Assembly (NCBI GenBank): GCA_964429715.1
Contig: CAYSCV010000001.1
Location: 1 to 41,377 of the forward strand
From: an uncultured Methanosarcinales archaeon
GTDB lineage: Archaea; Nanobdellota; Nanobdellia; Woesearchaeales; GW2011-AR9
Reading direction: 5' to 3'
DNA length: 41,377 nt
Shown one piece after another: positions 16,639 through 25,406 of the stretch. The notes under the pieces are model-generated. The model saw nothing but the letters and a program-made list of their open reading frames with translations, made no database searches and was not told the DNA's origin. Made by a program: the position numbers and the translations under genes. Each line of letters starts with the position of its first letter. The stretch's first letter is position 1.

Positions 16639-17685
16639 ATGGTTATGAATACAGAGATCAAACGGGTATTGGTTACTGGTGGTGCGGGGTATGTTGGTGC
16701 GGTGCTTGTGCCAAATTTAGTTAAAGCGGGTTATGCGGTTACGGTATTAGATACGTTCTGGTTTTGGAATTCGCCTGAGGAGTATGCTGAGGCTATAGGG
16801 TTGTGTTGTGATTCTGCTGATTCTCGTTTGATACTTGTGAAAGGGGATTTACGAAGTACGGATGATGTACTGCGCTCATTACAAGGGGTTGATACGGTGA
16901 TTCATTTGGCGTGTATTTCAAATGATCCGAGTTCGGAACTGAATGCAGCGTTTACGCATTCCGTTAATTATGATGGGTCGCTGAAGGTGATTGATTTATC
17001 AAAAGTGTATGGGGTGAAACGGTTTATTTATGCGTCTTCGAGCAGTGTGTATGGAGTGAAGAGGGAAGCGAGAGTTACGGAGGATTTAGTGCTTGAGCCA
17101 CTGACACAGTATTCGCAGTTGAAGGTGGAAATTGAGCATTATTTATTACATCGATTGGATGATTCTTTTCAAGGAGTTATTATACGTCCATCGACGGTGT
17201 GCGGGTATTCGCCACGGCAGAGATTGGATGTGGTTGTAAATATTTTGACGAATTTGGCTTTTAATAAAGGGAAGATTACGGTATTTGGCGGGGATCAATT
17301 GCGGCCGAATATTCATATCAAGGATATGGTGCGATTGTATGAGCTGCTACTTGAAATACCTATCTCTAAAATTAATCGTAAGGTGTATAATGCTGGGTAT
17401 GAGAATTTGACGGTGAAACAGATTGCGTCTTTGGTGCAAGAGACGGTTGGAAAAGAGAGAGGGGTAGTTGAGGTTGAGATAAAAGAGTCAAATGATCTGC
17501 GGTCATACCAAGTGTGTTCGGATAAGATTGCGCAGGAGTTGGGTTTTGTGTCAGAGTATACTGTGAAAGATGCGATTGAGGAATTGGTTGAGGCGTTTAA
17601 GTCTGGGAAGCTGTCGAATGTTGATGATGAGAAGTATGTGAATATGAAAAGGATGAAGACGATTTTATTAGTTAATAAAAGTTAA
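16639..17685 (+). CDS. NAD-dependent nucleotide-sugar epimerase/dehydratase (extended SDR), paralogue of the C-terminal domain of 31239..33455
   Basis: VTGGAGYVG and YSQLKVEIE (YxxxK). The segment IHLACISNDPSSE...GVKRFIYASSSSVYG closely matches IHLSGLSNDPSCE...GVKRFIYASSCSVYG in the fusion protein. AAGGTGA SD lies upstream. Confidence 0.8.
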   Translation: MVMNTEIKRVLVTGGAGYVGAVLVPNLVKAGYAVTVLDTFWFWNSPEEYAEAIGLCCDSADSRLILVKGDLRSTDDVLRSLQGVDTVIHLACISNDPSSELNAAFTHSVNYDGSLKVIDLSKVYGVKRFIYASSSSVYGVKREARVTEDLVLEPLTQYSQLKVEIEHYLLHRLDDSFQGVIIRPSTVCGYSPRQRLDVVVNILTNLAFNKGKITVFGGDQLRPNIHIKDMVRLYELLLEIPISKINRKVYNAGYENLTVKQIASLVQETVGKERGVVEVEIKESNDLRSYQVCSDKIAQELGFVSEYTVKDAIEELVEAFKSGKLSNVDDEKYVNMKRMKTILLVNKS

Positions 17686-17702
17686 ATTTCACTTTTCTCA
17701 TT

Positions 17703-19028
17703 TTATCTAGTTGATATTCTATATCTTGTAATAAATTCATCAAATACTTGTTTGACTTCTGTTAATTTTTCGGTTGTTATCCCAGGATACACACCAATCC
17801 AGAATGTATTATTCATAGCATAATCAGTATTTACTAATTGACCAACTATTCTGTGATTAATGTTCATATATCCTGGTTGGCGCAAGATATTCCCTGCGAA
17901 AAGAGCTCGGGTGGCAATTTTATGTTGTTCAAGATAGGATACAATCTCATTTTTAGTGAATGGGGAGTTTTCTCTTATACTGATAAGAAATCCAAACCAA
18001 CTGGGATCACTTTGTGGTGTGGGGGTTGGAAGAATAAAATATTTTTCGTATGGTTTGAGAATTTTGGTGATCTCTTCAAAGTTCTTTTTTCTTTTTTCTT
18101 GAAATAAAGATATTTTTTGCAGCTGGGAATGACCAATTGCGGCTTGCAGATCAGTCATTTTAAGATTGTAGCCAATATGGCTGTAAATGTATTTATGGTC
18201 ATAGCATTTTGGAAGATTTCCTAACTGCCATTGGAAACGTTTTCCACATGTATTTGATTTTCCGGTGTCACACCAACAGTCACGACCCCAGTCACGAAAT
18301 GAGGTGAGAATTCTTTTTAGTAAAGGGTTATCTGTTGCGAGTGCGCCACCTTCTCCAGTTGTGATATGGTGTGCAGGATAAAATGAAAAAGTGGATATAT
18401 CTCCAAATGTTCCTACTTTTTTATGTTGATATTCTGATCCCAAAGCATCACAACAATCTTCTATCACCCATAGATTATGTATTTTTGCAATTCTCATTAT
18501 TTCTTCTAGGTTAAATGGATTTCCAAGGGTATGTGCAAGAAAAATAGCTTTTGTTTTTGGTGTTATCGCTTTTTCAAGTAAGGTTGTGTCAATGTTATAA
18601 GTCCCTAATTCGATATCTAAAAATACAGGGATACACTGATTTTGGATGATTGGACTTAATGTTGTGGGAAAACACGTGGCTACACAGATTACTTCATCTC
18701 CTGGTTTTAGCTGTCTTTCTTTTAATAATGGAGAGGTCAGGGCTGAAAAGGCGAGTAAATTTGAGGAAGAACCAGAATTTGTGAGTATAACATATGTTAA
18801 TCCAAGAAAATTCTTTAATTCTGTGGTGAAGAGTTTGGAGAATCTTCCTTCGGTAAGCCAGAAGTCGAGAGAGGCATCAATCAAATTAGTCATATCATTT
18901 TCATCATAGACTCTACCGCTAACAGGGACACCTTCCGTTTTTTGTTGATGATATTTTTGAAAGAAAATACGGACTTTTTGCCGTATTTCTTCTCGGTCGT
19001 GTTCTTGATTATTTTGATTTGTTTCCAT
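17703..19028 (-). CDS. ddhC: CDP-6-deoxy-L-threo-D-glycero-4-hexulose 3-dehydrase (E1; RfbH/DdhC/AscC type)
   Basis: DegT-fold protein in which the PLP lysine is replaced by His (SFYPAHHITTGEGG). It carries the E1-specific C-x57-C-x1-C-x7-C iron-sulfur motif (EDCC ... RDCWCDTGKSNTC; I counted the spacing directly). Confidence 0.9.
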   Translation of the reverse strand: METNQNNQEHDREEIRQKVRIFFQKYHQQKTEGVPVSGRVYDENDMTNLIDASLDFWLTEGRFSKLFTTELKNFLGLTYVILTNSGSSSNLLAFSALTSPLLKERQLKPGDEVICVATCFPTTLSPIIQNQCIPVFLDIELGTYNIDTTLLEKAITPKTKAIFLAHTLGNPFNLEEIMRIAKIHNLWVIEDCCDALGSEYQHKKVGTFGDISTFSFYPAHHITTGEGGALATDNPLLKRILTSFRDWGRDCWCDTGKSNTCGKRFQWQLGNLPKCYDHKYIYSHIGYNLKMTDLQAAIGHSQLQKISLFQEKRKKNFEEITKILKPYEKYFILPTPTPQSDPSWFGFLISIRENSPFTKNEIVSYLEQHKIATRALFAGNILRQPGYMNINHRIVGQLVNTDYAMNNTFWIGVYPGITTEKLTEVKQVFDEFITRYRISTR

Positions 19029-19080
19029 TATTCTTTATTATTTTTGTTTATTCCTATTTTTTTTACAGTACTCTTATTTT

Positions 19081-19986
19081 TTAAATGTTTCTCTGCTTAT
19101 TTAGGTTTCTTCTTATATATTCAAAGTTTTCTGTTAATGCAGGAAGTTTAATTCCTTCTTTCTTTACTTTAGTGATATCCAGGGCACAATTCTTTGGACG
19201 TAGAGCGGGTTGTTGTGATTGTGAAGAATCTATTTTAGTGATCAGTTTTCGATCTTCACCAAAAAAATCGGCAAAAGCGGTAGCAAATTGGTAATTACTT
19301 ACAATCTCTTTGCCTCCTACATGGTAAATCCCTGTTTTATGTTGTGTGATTAAAGTGATAATAATTGATGCCAATGTTTCAACAAGGATAGGGTTTGTAA
19401 ATTGATCGTCTACTTGGCTTGATATTTGTTGTTGTTGCAGGGTGGAGTAGAGTCTTGCTAAGAAGTTTCTCTGATCACGCCCTAAACTATATATTTTGCT
19501 TGTTCTGATGATGAGCGAATTTTCTTTTTTGAGGGTATCTTCTTCAGCATCTTTTTTTGTTTTTCCATAATAATTAAGGGGGTGAATTTGATCTGATTCA
19601 GAGTATGTTTCTTGTGGGTTTTTCTTGGTGCCATCAAAGACGTAATAAGTTGAGATATAAGTAAACATCGTTGTGGGTAAAGAGTATTTGAGAAGATTTC
19701 TGTTTCCGATAACATTAATAGAATACGCTTCCGTTTGATTGAGTTCACAGTTATCAACATGGGTCATGGCGATAGTGTTTATAATGATGTCTGGGTTTAT
19801 CTTTTCAAGAAGGGCTTGAACTTGATTTTCGTGTTGTATATCTAATTGAAATAAATCTTTGTGGGTGCTATTTTTAGAGTTTGGATTGTGATATGTGCCG
19901 TAGACTTTATATGAAGATGTGTGTAACATTTCATATAGTGCACTACCAAGTTGTCCGGTGGCACCACAAATAAGAATTTTTTTCAT
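19081..19986 (-). CDS. RmlD-like nucleotide-sugar 4-ketoreductase (dTDP-4-dehydrorhamnose reductase family; AscF-like role possible)
   Basis: ILICGATGQLGSAL Rossmann motif, YGKTKKDAE (YxxxK), ~300 aa, located between the rmlC-like gene and ddhC. Confidence 0.7.
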   Translation of the reverse strand: MKKILICGATGQLGSALYEMLHTSSYKVYGTYHNPNSKNSTHKDLFQLDIQHENQVQALLEKINPDIIINTIAMTHVDNCELNQTEAYSINVIGNRNLLKYSLPTTMFTYISTYYVFDGTKKNPQETYSESDQIHPLNYYGKTKKDAEEDTLKKENSLIIRTSKIYSLGRDQRNFLARLYSTLQQQQISSQVDDQFTNPILVETLASIIITLITQHKTGIYHVGGKEIVSNYQFATAFADFFGEDRKLITKIDSSQSQQPALRPKNCALDITKVKKEGIKLPALTENFEYIRRNLNKQRNI

Positions 19987-20036
19987 ATTATTTATTATAT
20001 TTCCGGGTGTATTGGTAAAGGCTCTCTTTTAAAAAT

Positions 20037-20486
20037 TTATCCATCTTTTCTTTCCCAGTTATATGGAATTTCATTGCTATGGGGATCTTTTCGTATAATT
20101 TCATCCGGGTCATGGGGATGAGTTGCACAATTTGCAACAAGAGCAGCGTTTGTACTTATTCCTTTGAAGCCGTTTAAAACTAAAGGAGGTACGGTTACGA
20201 GGCAATAATTTTGTTCACCCATAAAGATTTCCATCAATTCTCCTTTGGTGGGGGAGTTTTCACGACTATCATAAAGCACTAGTTTGATCATGCCAATTGG
20301 TACGGCGTAGTTTAATGTCATTTTTTTGTGTATGTGCCAGGCTTTGACGGTTCCAGGGTAGACCATTGAGAAATAAATTTCACCAAATGTTTTAAATTCG
20401 GGGTCAGTATTACGAAGCATATGAAAGATACAGCCACGTTCATCAGGTATACGATTTAATTTTTTTATAATAACTCCGTCAATCAT
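20037..20486 (-). CDS. RmlC-like cupin sugar-nucleotide epimerase (3,5- or 5-epimerase; AscE-like role possible)
   Basis: IPDERGCIFHM ... GTVKAWHIHK pattern of the dTDP-4-dehydrorhamnose 3,5-epimerase family. I prefer ATG 20486 (GAGGAA SD 6 nt upstream) over the track start at 20531, which lies inside a hairpin loop. Confidence 0.7.
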   Translation of the reverse strand: MIDGVIIKKLNRIPDERGCIFHMLRNTDPEFKTFGEIYFSMVYPGTVKAWHIHKKMTLNYAVPIGMIKLVLYDSRENSPTKGELMEIFMGEQNYCLVTVPPLVLNGFKGISTNAALVANCATHPHDPDEIIRKDPHSNEIPYNWERKDG

Positions 20487-20511
20487 GTTTTTTCCTCGTT
20501 TATTTTGTATT

Positions 20512-20642
20512 GAGAAGTTTGCATAATTCATATTTTCTTGGCAAACTTCTCTAAGAGACTTTGCAATGGCGCAATTTTAAGCTTATCTGAGCACCTATCG
20601 GTGCTAACTGAAATCTACAAATTGCTTTTTGCAAAGTTCTCT
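20512..20642. repeat. Four copies of an 11-nt motif (gagaagtttgc / gcaaacttctc) in alternating orientation, forming one perfect 11-bp hairpin and one long three-segment hairpin
   Basis: 20512-20522 gagaagtttgc, 20541-20551 gcaaacttctc, 20555-20565 gagactttgca and 20631-20641 gcaaagttctc. Inner helices are 20571-20577/20619-20625 (7 bp) and 20590-20595/20600-20605 (6 bp, loop tatc). A T7 run lies at 20650-20656. Confidence 0.6.
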
Positions 20643-20669
20643 ATTCTTATTTTTTTCCATTATTCTTTA

Positions 20670-21794
20670 TTAATTTATTCTATTATTTTGGTTCAATGAC
20701 ATATAAAACTGTATCTGTTCTTGGCTGAGGGTATACACATCTTTGTGTTGATATTGTTTGTACCAATCTACAACAAGTTGTAGGCTGGTAGATAGATCTA
20801 ATTTTGGTGTCCAATTAAGAAGAAGTTGAGATTTTGTGGAGTCAAGGTTTAATATTTTTGTTTCTTTTGGTTGTACTATAACGGATTTATCTTCCCACGT
20901 ACCTGAGCCCCAGATAGATATCATTTTTTCTACGATTTCTTGCACCGTTACGATAGAATGCGAGGAAGGACCAAAATTCCATGCTCCTACATGTGAAGGA
21001 TTATCATATAACTTTGATCCTAGAAGTAAGTAGCCGTATAATGGTTCAAGAACGTGTTGCCAAGGACGAATAGAGTTGGAATTGCGAATAGGAATGGGGA
21101 TATTTGCTTTTAAAGCTTTGATTGTATCTGGAATAATACGATCTTTCGACCAATCACCACCACCGATGACGTTACCTGCTCTGGTGGTAGCAATGTTTAC
21201 TTTTCCTTGTAAGAATGAAGTGAGATAGCAGTGAGTAATAATCTCGGCACAGCTTTTACTGGCGCTATACGGGTCACTTCCGCCTAGTTCGTCTGTTTCG
21301 CGATAGCCATGAATCCATTCTTTGTTTTTATAACATTTATCGGAGGTGATAATCACAACTGTTTTTACAGAAGAAGTGTGACGGATACACTCGAGAATAT
21401 TTGCTGTACCTAAAATATTTGTGTTAAATGTTGTGAGCGGATCTTCGTAGGATTTTATAACAAGAGCTTGTGCGGCAAGGTGAAATACTATTTCTGGTTG
21501 ATATTGTTCAAATATTTCTTCTAATTCTTTTAAATTTCTTATATCGGCATTTAGTGATGTTATTTTTGTTTTTAAATTTGCTTGTTGAAAAATACCTTGT
21601 TCTGATCCTTCATCATTAGAAATGCCAATGATATTGGCACCAAGTTCATGAAGCCAGATGGTAAGCCAAGAGCCTTTGAAGCCAGTATGACCGGTGATAA
21701 GAACACGTTTGTTTTTGTATATACTTAGTTCTTCTAAGGGACTAGGTTTGGGGTTTATTCGTTCCATAGTTTCCATGGTTTTGTTTGTTCCCAT
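20670..21794 (-). CDS. ddhB: CDP-glucose 4,6-dehydratase
   Basis: VLITGHTGFKGSWL signature and YSASK catalytic motif. It immediately follows, and overlaps, the cytidylyltransferase gene. Internal ATGs at codons 7 and 10 are alternative starts. Confidence 0.9.
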   Translation of the reverse strand: MGTNKTMETMERINPKPSPLEELSIYKNKRVLITGHTGFKGSWLTIWLHELGANIIGISNDEGSEQGIFQQANLKTKITSLNADIRNLKELEEIFEQYQPEIVFHLAAQALVIKSYEDPLTTFNTNILGTANILECIRHTSSVKTVVIITSDKCYKNKEWIHGYRETDELGGSDPYSASKSCAEIITHCYLTSFLQGKVNIATTRAGNVIGGGDWSKDRIIPDTIKALKANIPIPIRNSNSIRPWQHVLEPLYGYLLLGSKLYDNPSHVGAWNFGPSSHSIVTVQEIVEKMISIWGSGTWEDKSVIVQPKETKILNLDSTKSQLLLNWTPKLDLSTSLQLVVDWYKQYQHKDVYTLSQEQIQFYMSLNQNNRIN

Positions 21795-22540
21795 ATCCGG
21801 TTAAGGTCTTGATAGTCTTTATACGTGTCCAGGCAGTGCCAGAATTCTTGGTGATGATAGACGACGACTTCTCTTTTTTTAGATAATGCAGGTAATATTT
21901 TTGATTCAAACATGCAGTCTTCAGTGAGGTGTTCAAAAAACGAGCGTTTCATAACCATAAAGCCCCCATTAATCAAATCTTTCATGGGTGGCTTTTCGGA
22001 AAAGTCGAGTACTTCTGATGTTTCATTTATGTCGATTAACCCATATTTTGAAACTGGGTTAATTGCAGTAATTGTACAGATTTTGTCTTTTTTTAGATGT
22101 AAATCCCATAATTGATCTAAATTTATATTTGCAACTCCATCCCCGTATGTAAGCATAAAGTGATCAGTGGTGATATATTTTTCGATTTGTTTTATCCTTC
22201 CCGCGGTGAGGGTGTGACGTCCGGTGTTGGCAAAAGTGATTTCGCAGTTGTCAAGATGGAGATTTTCATGAACTTCAATTTTGTGGGTGTTCGTGTTTAA
22301 TGTAAAATCATTAAGCATGAAACGGTGTTCTAAAAAATATTTTTTGATGAGATCTCCTTTATATCCCAAGCAGAGTATGAATTTACGAAAACCTTGTGCC
22401 TGATAAATTTTCATAATATGGATTAGGATGGGCATTCCACCTACTTCTACAAGAGGTTTTGGTTTGAATTCTGTTTCTTCGCGCAATCGTGTACCTTCAC
22501 CACCGCAAAGAATAACGACCGGAATATCTTTTTTATCCAT
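21755..22540 (-). CDS. ddhA: Glucose-1-phosphate cytidylyltransferase
   Basis: VVILCGGEGTRLREETEFKPKPLVEVGGMPIL signature of RfbF/DdhA. Length is 261 aa. Confidence 0.9.
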   Translation of the reverse strand: MDKKDIPVVILCGGEGTRLREETEFKPKPLVEVGGMPILIHIMKIYQAQGFRKFILCLGYKGDLIKKYFLEHRFMLNDFTLNTNTHKIEVHENLHLDNCEITFANTGRHTLTAGRIKQIEKYITTDHFMLTYGDGVANINLDQLWDLHLKKDKICTITAINPVSKYGLIDINETSEVLDFSEKPPMKDLINGGFMVMKRSFFEHLTEDCMFESKILPALSKKREVVVYHHQEFWHCLDTYKDYQDLNRIWEQTKPWKLWNE

Positions 22541-22615
22541 GTGTGCCTATTATGTCTTTTTTAGGCTGTTTTAGGGGGGATTATTTATATATCTTCTGAA
22601 ATTATAGTTAAGAAT

Positions 22616-23344
22616 TTATTTTAGACTTACTGTTGGTTTGTTTTCAGGTTTCATTAGAGTATGTATTCTATATGTAAATATTTGATATAAGAATTCTATA
22701 ATTGTGAATGTATTTACTTTTGAACGCCCGCCTTTTCGATTTTGGTGTTCACAATTCAAATCTTTCCAAGGTAGTTTTCGTTGTTGTAATTTGTGAAGAA
22801 TTTCGATGTTGATAACCCAGTTGTTGAGCTGGAGATCTAAAGTTTTAAACGTATTTGCTCTGATAAATAATGGCCAGCCATTGATATCATCTGTATGTAT
22901 AGAAAATAATAATTTAACTAATTTATTGTATCCTGCCGAAATAAATTTTCTGATGCCATGGTTACGATTTATTCGTGTTGCTTTTACGGCTTCGTATTCG
23001 GGGTGTTCTAGTAATAGTTGCACTAATTTGTACGTGTCAGACGCTTTTATTTCACCATCGGCACAGGTCCAACCAATGATGTCTCCTTTCGTGTATTCCC
23101 GAAGACTTTTGTTTATTATGCCACCATAGCCTATGTTTTTATCAAGATGGATTATTTTTAGATGTTCGGAGTATATTTTGTGTAGTTCTGTTATTTTTTC
23201 TAATGTGGCGTCTGTTGAGGCGTGATCAATTAAAATGAATTCAAAGGGATGGGAAATTTTTTTAAATTCAGCCATTAGTTCATGCACTGTTTCTAAGATG
23301 GATTCTTGCTCGTTATAACAGGGGATCATACAGGAAATTTTCAT
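22616..23344 (-). CDS. GT2 polyprenyl-phosphate sugar synthase-like glycosyltransferase (DPM1/ArnC/GtrB-like)
   Basis: ISCMIPCYNEQESI and LIDHASTDAT motifs. It is a short 242-aa GT-A protein directly upstream of a GT-C membrane protein. Confidence 0.65.
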   Translation of the reverse strand: MKISCMIPCYNEQESILETVHELMAEFKKISHPFEFILIDHASTDATLEKITELHKIYSEHLKIIHLDKNIGYGGIINKSLREYTKGDIIGWTCADGEIKASDTYKLVQLLLEHPEYEAVKATRINRNHGIRKFISAGYNKLVKLLFSIHTDDINGWPLFIRANTFKTLDLQLNNWVINIEILHKLQQRKLPWKDLNCEHQNRKGGRSKVNTFTIIEFLYQIFTYRIHTLMKPENKPTVSLK

Positions 23345-23380
23345 TTTTTTACCCTCTTTTGGCTCTTTTTTTCTTTTTTC

Positions 23381-25327
23381 TCATGTTTGGTTATTTATGT
23401 ACTTATTCACTTCATAAATAGAAACAACTATCCGAGATGTATTTGTAAACGGATAAGGATAAAGATATAATCTTTGGATAAAGTGTGAAGATTCATATAG
23501 CAAAAGCAAATCATCAGGTTCTGTTGCGGGTTTTCCATCTACGATTTCACGCTTAAAAATATATTTTATCTGGCTCATATCATATTGTTTATTGACTTCT
23601 TCAAATGAACCTTCTTTATAAATCAAAATGGGTAAATAGGATGCATCAAAAGCGAGGGATTGAACTAGAAAGCCACTTATTTTATTGTTTCCGATAATTG
23701 GAATTAGAGATTGAGAACTTTCCTTTGCGCTAAATGAAGGGGCGATGAACGTAATGCTTATGAGGATGCCGCAAATTATAAAGTAGATTAAAAATATTTT
23801 TTTAAGATCAGTTTGTTTAATTTGGTTTAAACGATGGATATATAATGAATAAATATGATATATTACGAAGAGAATTATGCTAATGGCAATAGTAGTTATA
23901 ATGTACGTTGTTTCTTTGTTAAGTGTTGAGCTAAGAATGGCAAAATGACGAGCGAAGTGGCGTGTCAGGGTAGAGAAAGGAAGTAATAAAAATAAAAATA
24001 TGCTTGATTGGAGAAATAAAGTGCGAAAATAAATATTTATCTTTTCTTTAGTGTATGTTAAGATTAACATTGTTATGCTAAATATAATTACAAAGAGTCC
24101 AAGCATATAGGCCTGTTTGCTATTGCAAACACTTATTGGGCTGCAAAGCGAAAGAGAGAGTCCAGATACAATGAATGAGGTTACGGGATAAGAAAATAAT
24201 AAAGAATAGAGAGCATTTTTGCGCCAATACTTGGCGGGGTGATATTGTGATTGTTCTTGATTATCTAAATCAATGGATTTTTTGTCTAAGAATAGTTTTG
24301 TGCTAAGTATAGTCATAGGAATAAGTAAGCCAAAGAATCTCCTGTCACTTAGATCACTTAGAGCTACGAGTAGAAGAAGACCTACAAGCAACCAGCAGCA
24401 GGCCATTAATTCAAGCGTGTCGAGGCTGCGTATTTTTTTGAATTTATTCTCTGTGAGAAAATATATTGTAGTGAACACTATCATAAAGAAAAATCCGGGA
24501 AGGCCGAACAGATTATTGGCGAAAATACGGAAGAAATTGAAAATGATTATCCCACTAGAGTTATAATATTTCATTAATACGAGAAAATTAATGGATAGAA
24601 TCTTCCAATTACTCAGTAAAAATAAACTATATGGGATTAGCGGAAGAACAATTCCAATCCCAAATATGAATATCGAAGACACGTTTGTTTCTTTACGATA
24701 TAATTCTAAAAGCCAGATGATTACAAATATTAGAGCAAAATAGTATGCGGAGAGTTTGGAGAGAATGGCTAGAGCAAAGCTTATACCTGCAAGAAAGTAA
24801 AAATACTGTTTTTCTTTTCCTTTGTACCAGAAAAAGAAACTGAGAAGGACAAACATACTTTCAAGACTAAGACCTAAGGCAATTTTATTGTAAATAAGAA
24901 ATGTTTCATTGAGGCCTAACAAAAGAAGCCCCATAAATGCTGCTTTTTCACCCCATGCTTTTTTGAGGAAGAAGTATAAAATAAGAAGGGTAAACCATCC
25001 GGCTATGGCGGAAGGAAGACGAGCGGAGAATGAACTGACCCCAAATAAATAAAAAGATGGAATCATTACCAAAGTATTTAATGGAGATACGGAGAGTGAT
25101 TGAGTGGCATCATCTGGTGCTATATCGTTGAATAAGAAAAGGGTTCGAGCGTTATGGACCCAAATACCTTCATCGCCAATATCACTCACTCTTTTGATGA
25201 ATGAAGGGTCGGCATCAAGATAGATTAGACGCATGATGAGAAAAAGAAGAAAAATTGCGATGAGCACACTCTTTTTATTGTATATTTTTTGCTCTTCTGT
25301 CGATTTGTTAATTGTTTCTGTCATCAT
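23381..25327 (-). CDS. GT-C fold membrane glycosyltransferase (GT39/ArnT/PMT-like)
   Basis: 648 aa. Many TM helices, an early loop with an acidic DIGDEG motif, and a soluble C-terminal domain. Confidence 0.6.
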   Translation of the reverse strand: MMTETINKSTEEQKIYNKKSVLIAIFLLFLIMRLIYLDADPSFIKRVSDIGDEGIWVHNARTLFLFNDIAPDDATQSLSVSPLNTLVMIPSFYLFGVSSFSARLPSAIAGWFTLLILYFFLKKAWGEKAAFMGLLLLGLNETFLIYNKIALGLSLESMFVLLSFFFWYKGKEKQYFYFLAGISFALAILSKLSAYYFALIFVIIWLLELYRKETNVSSIFIFGIGIVLPLIPYSLFLLSNWKILSINFLVLMKYYNSSGIIIFNFFRIFANNLFGLPGFFFMIVFTTIYFLTENKFKKIRSLDTLELMACCWLLVGLLLLVALSDLSDRRFFGLLIPMTILSTKLFLDKKSIDLDNQEQSQYHPAKYWRKNALYSLLFSYPVTSFIVSGLSLSLCSPISVCNSKQAYMLGLFVIIFSITMLILTYTKEKINIYFRTLFLQSSIFLFLLLPFSTLTRHFARHFAILSSTLNKETTYIITTIAISIILFVIYHIYSLYIHRLNQIKQTDLKKIFLIYFIICGILISITFIAPSFSAKESSQSLIPIIGNNKISGFLVQSLAFDASYLPILIYKEGSFEEVNKQYDMSQIKYIFKREIVDGKPATEPDDLLLLYESSHFIQRLYLYPYPFTNTSRIVVSIYEVNKYINNQT

Positions 25328-25406
25328 TGAGTTTACTCTCTTTCTTTTCTTTTGATGAGGAGCATATTTTAAAGCTTGTGGTTTAATTATTCTCTTATTT
25401 TTCTTT

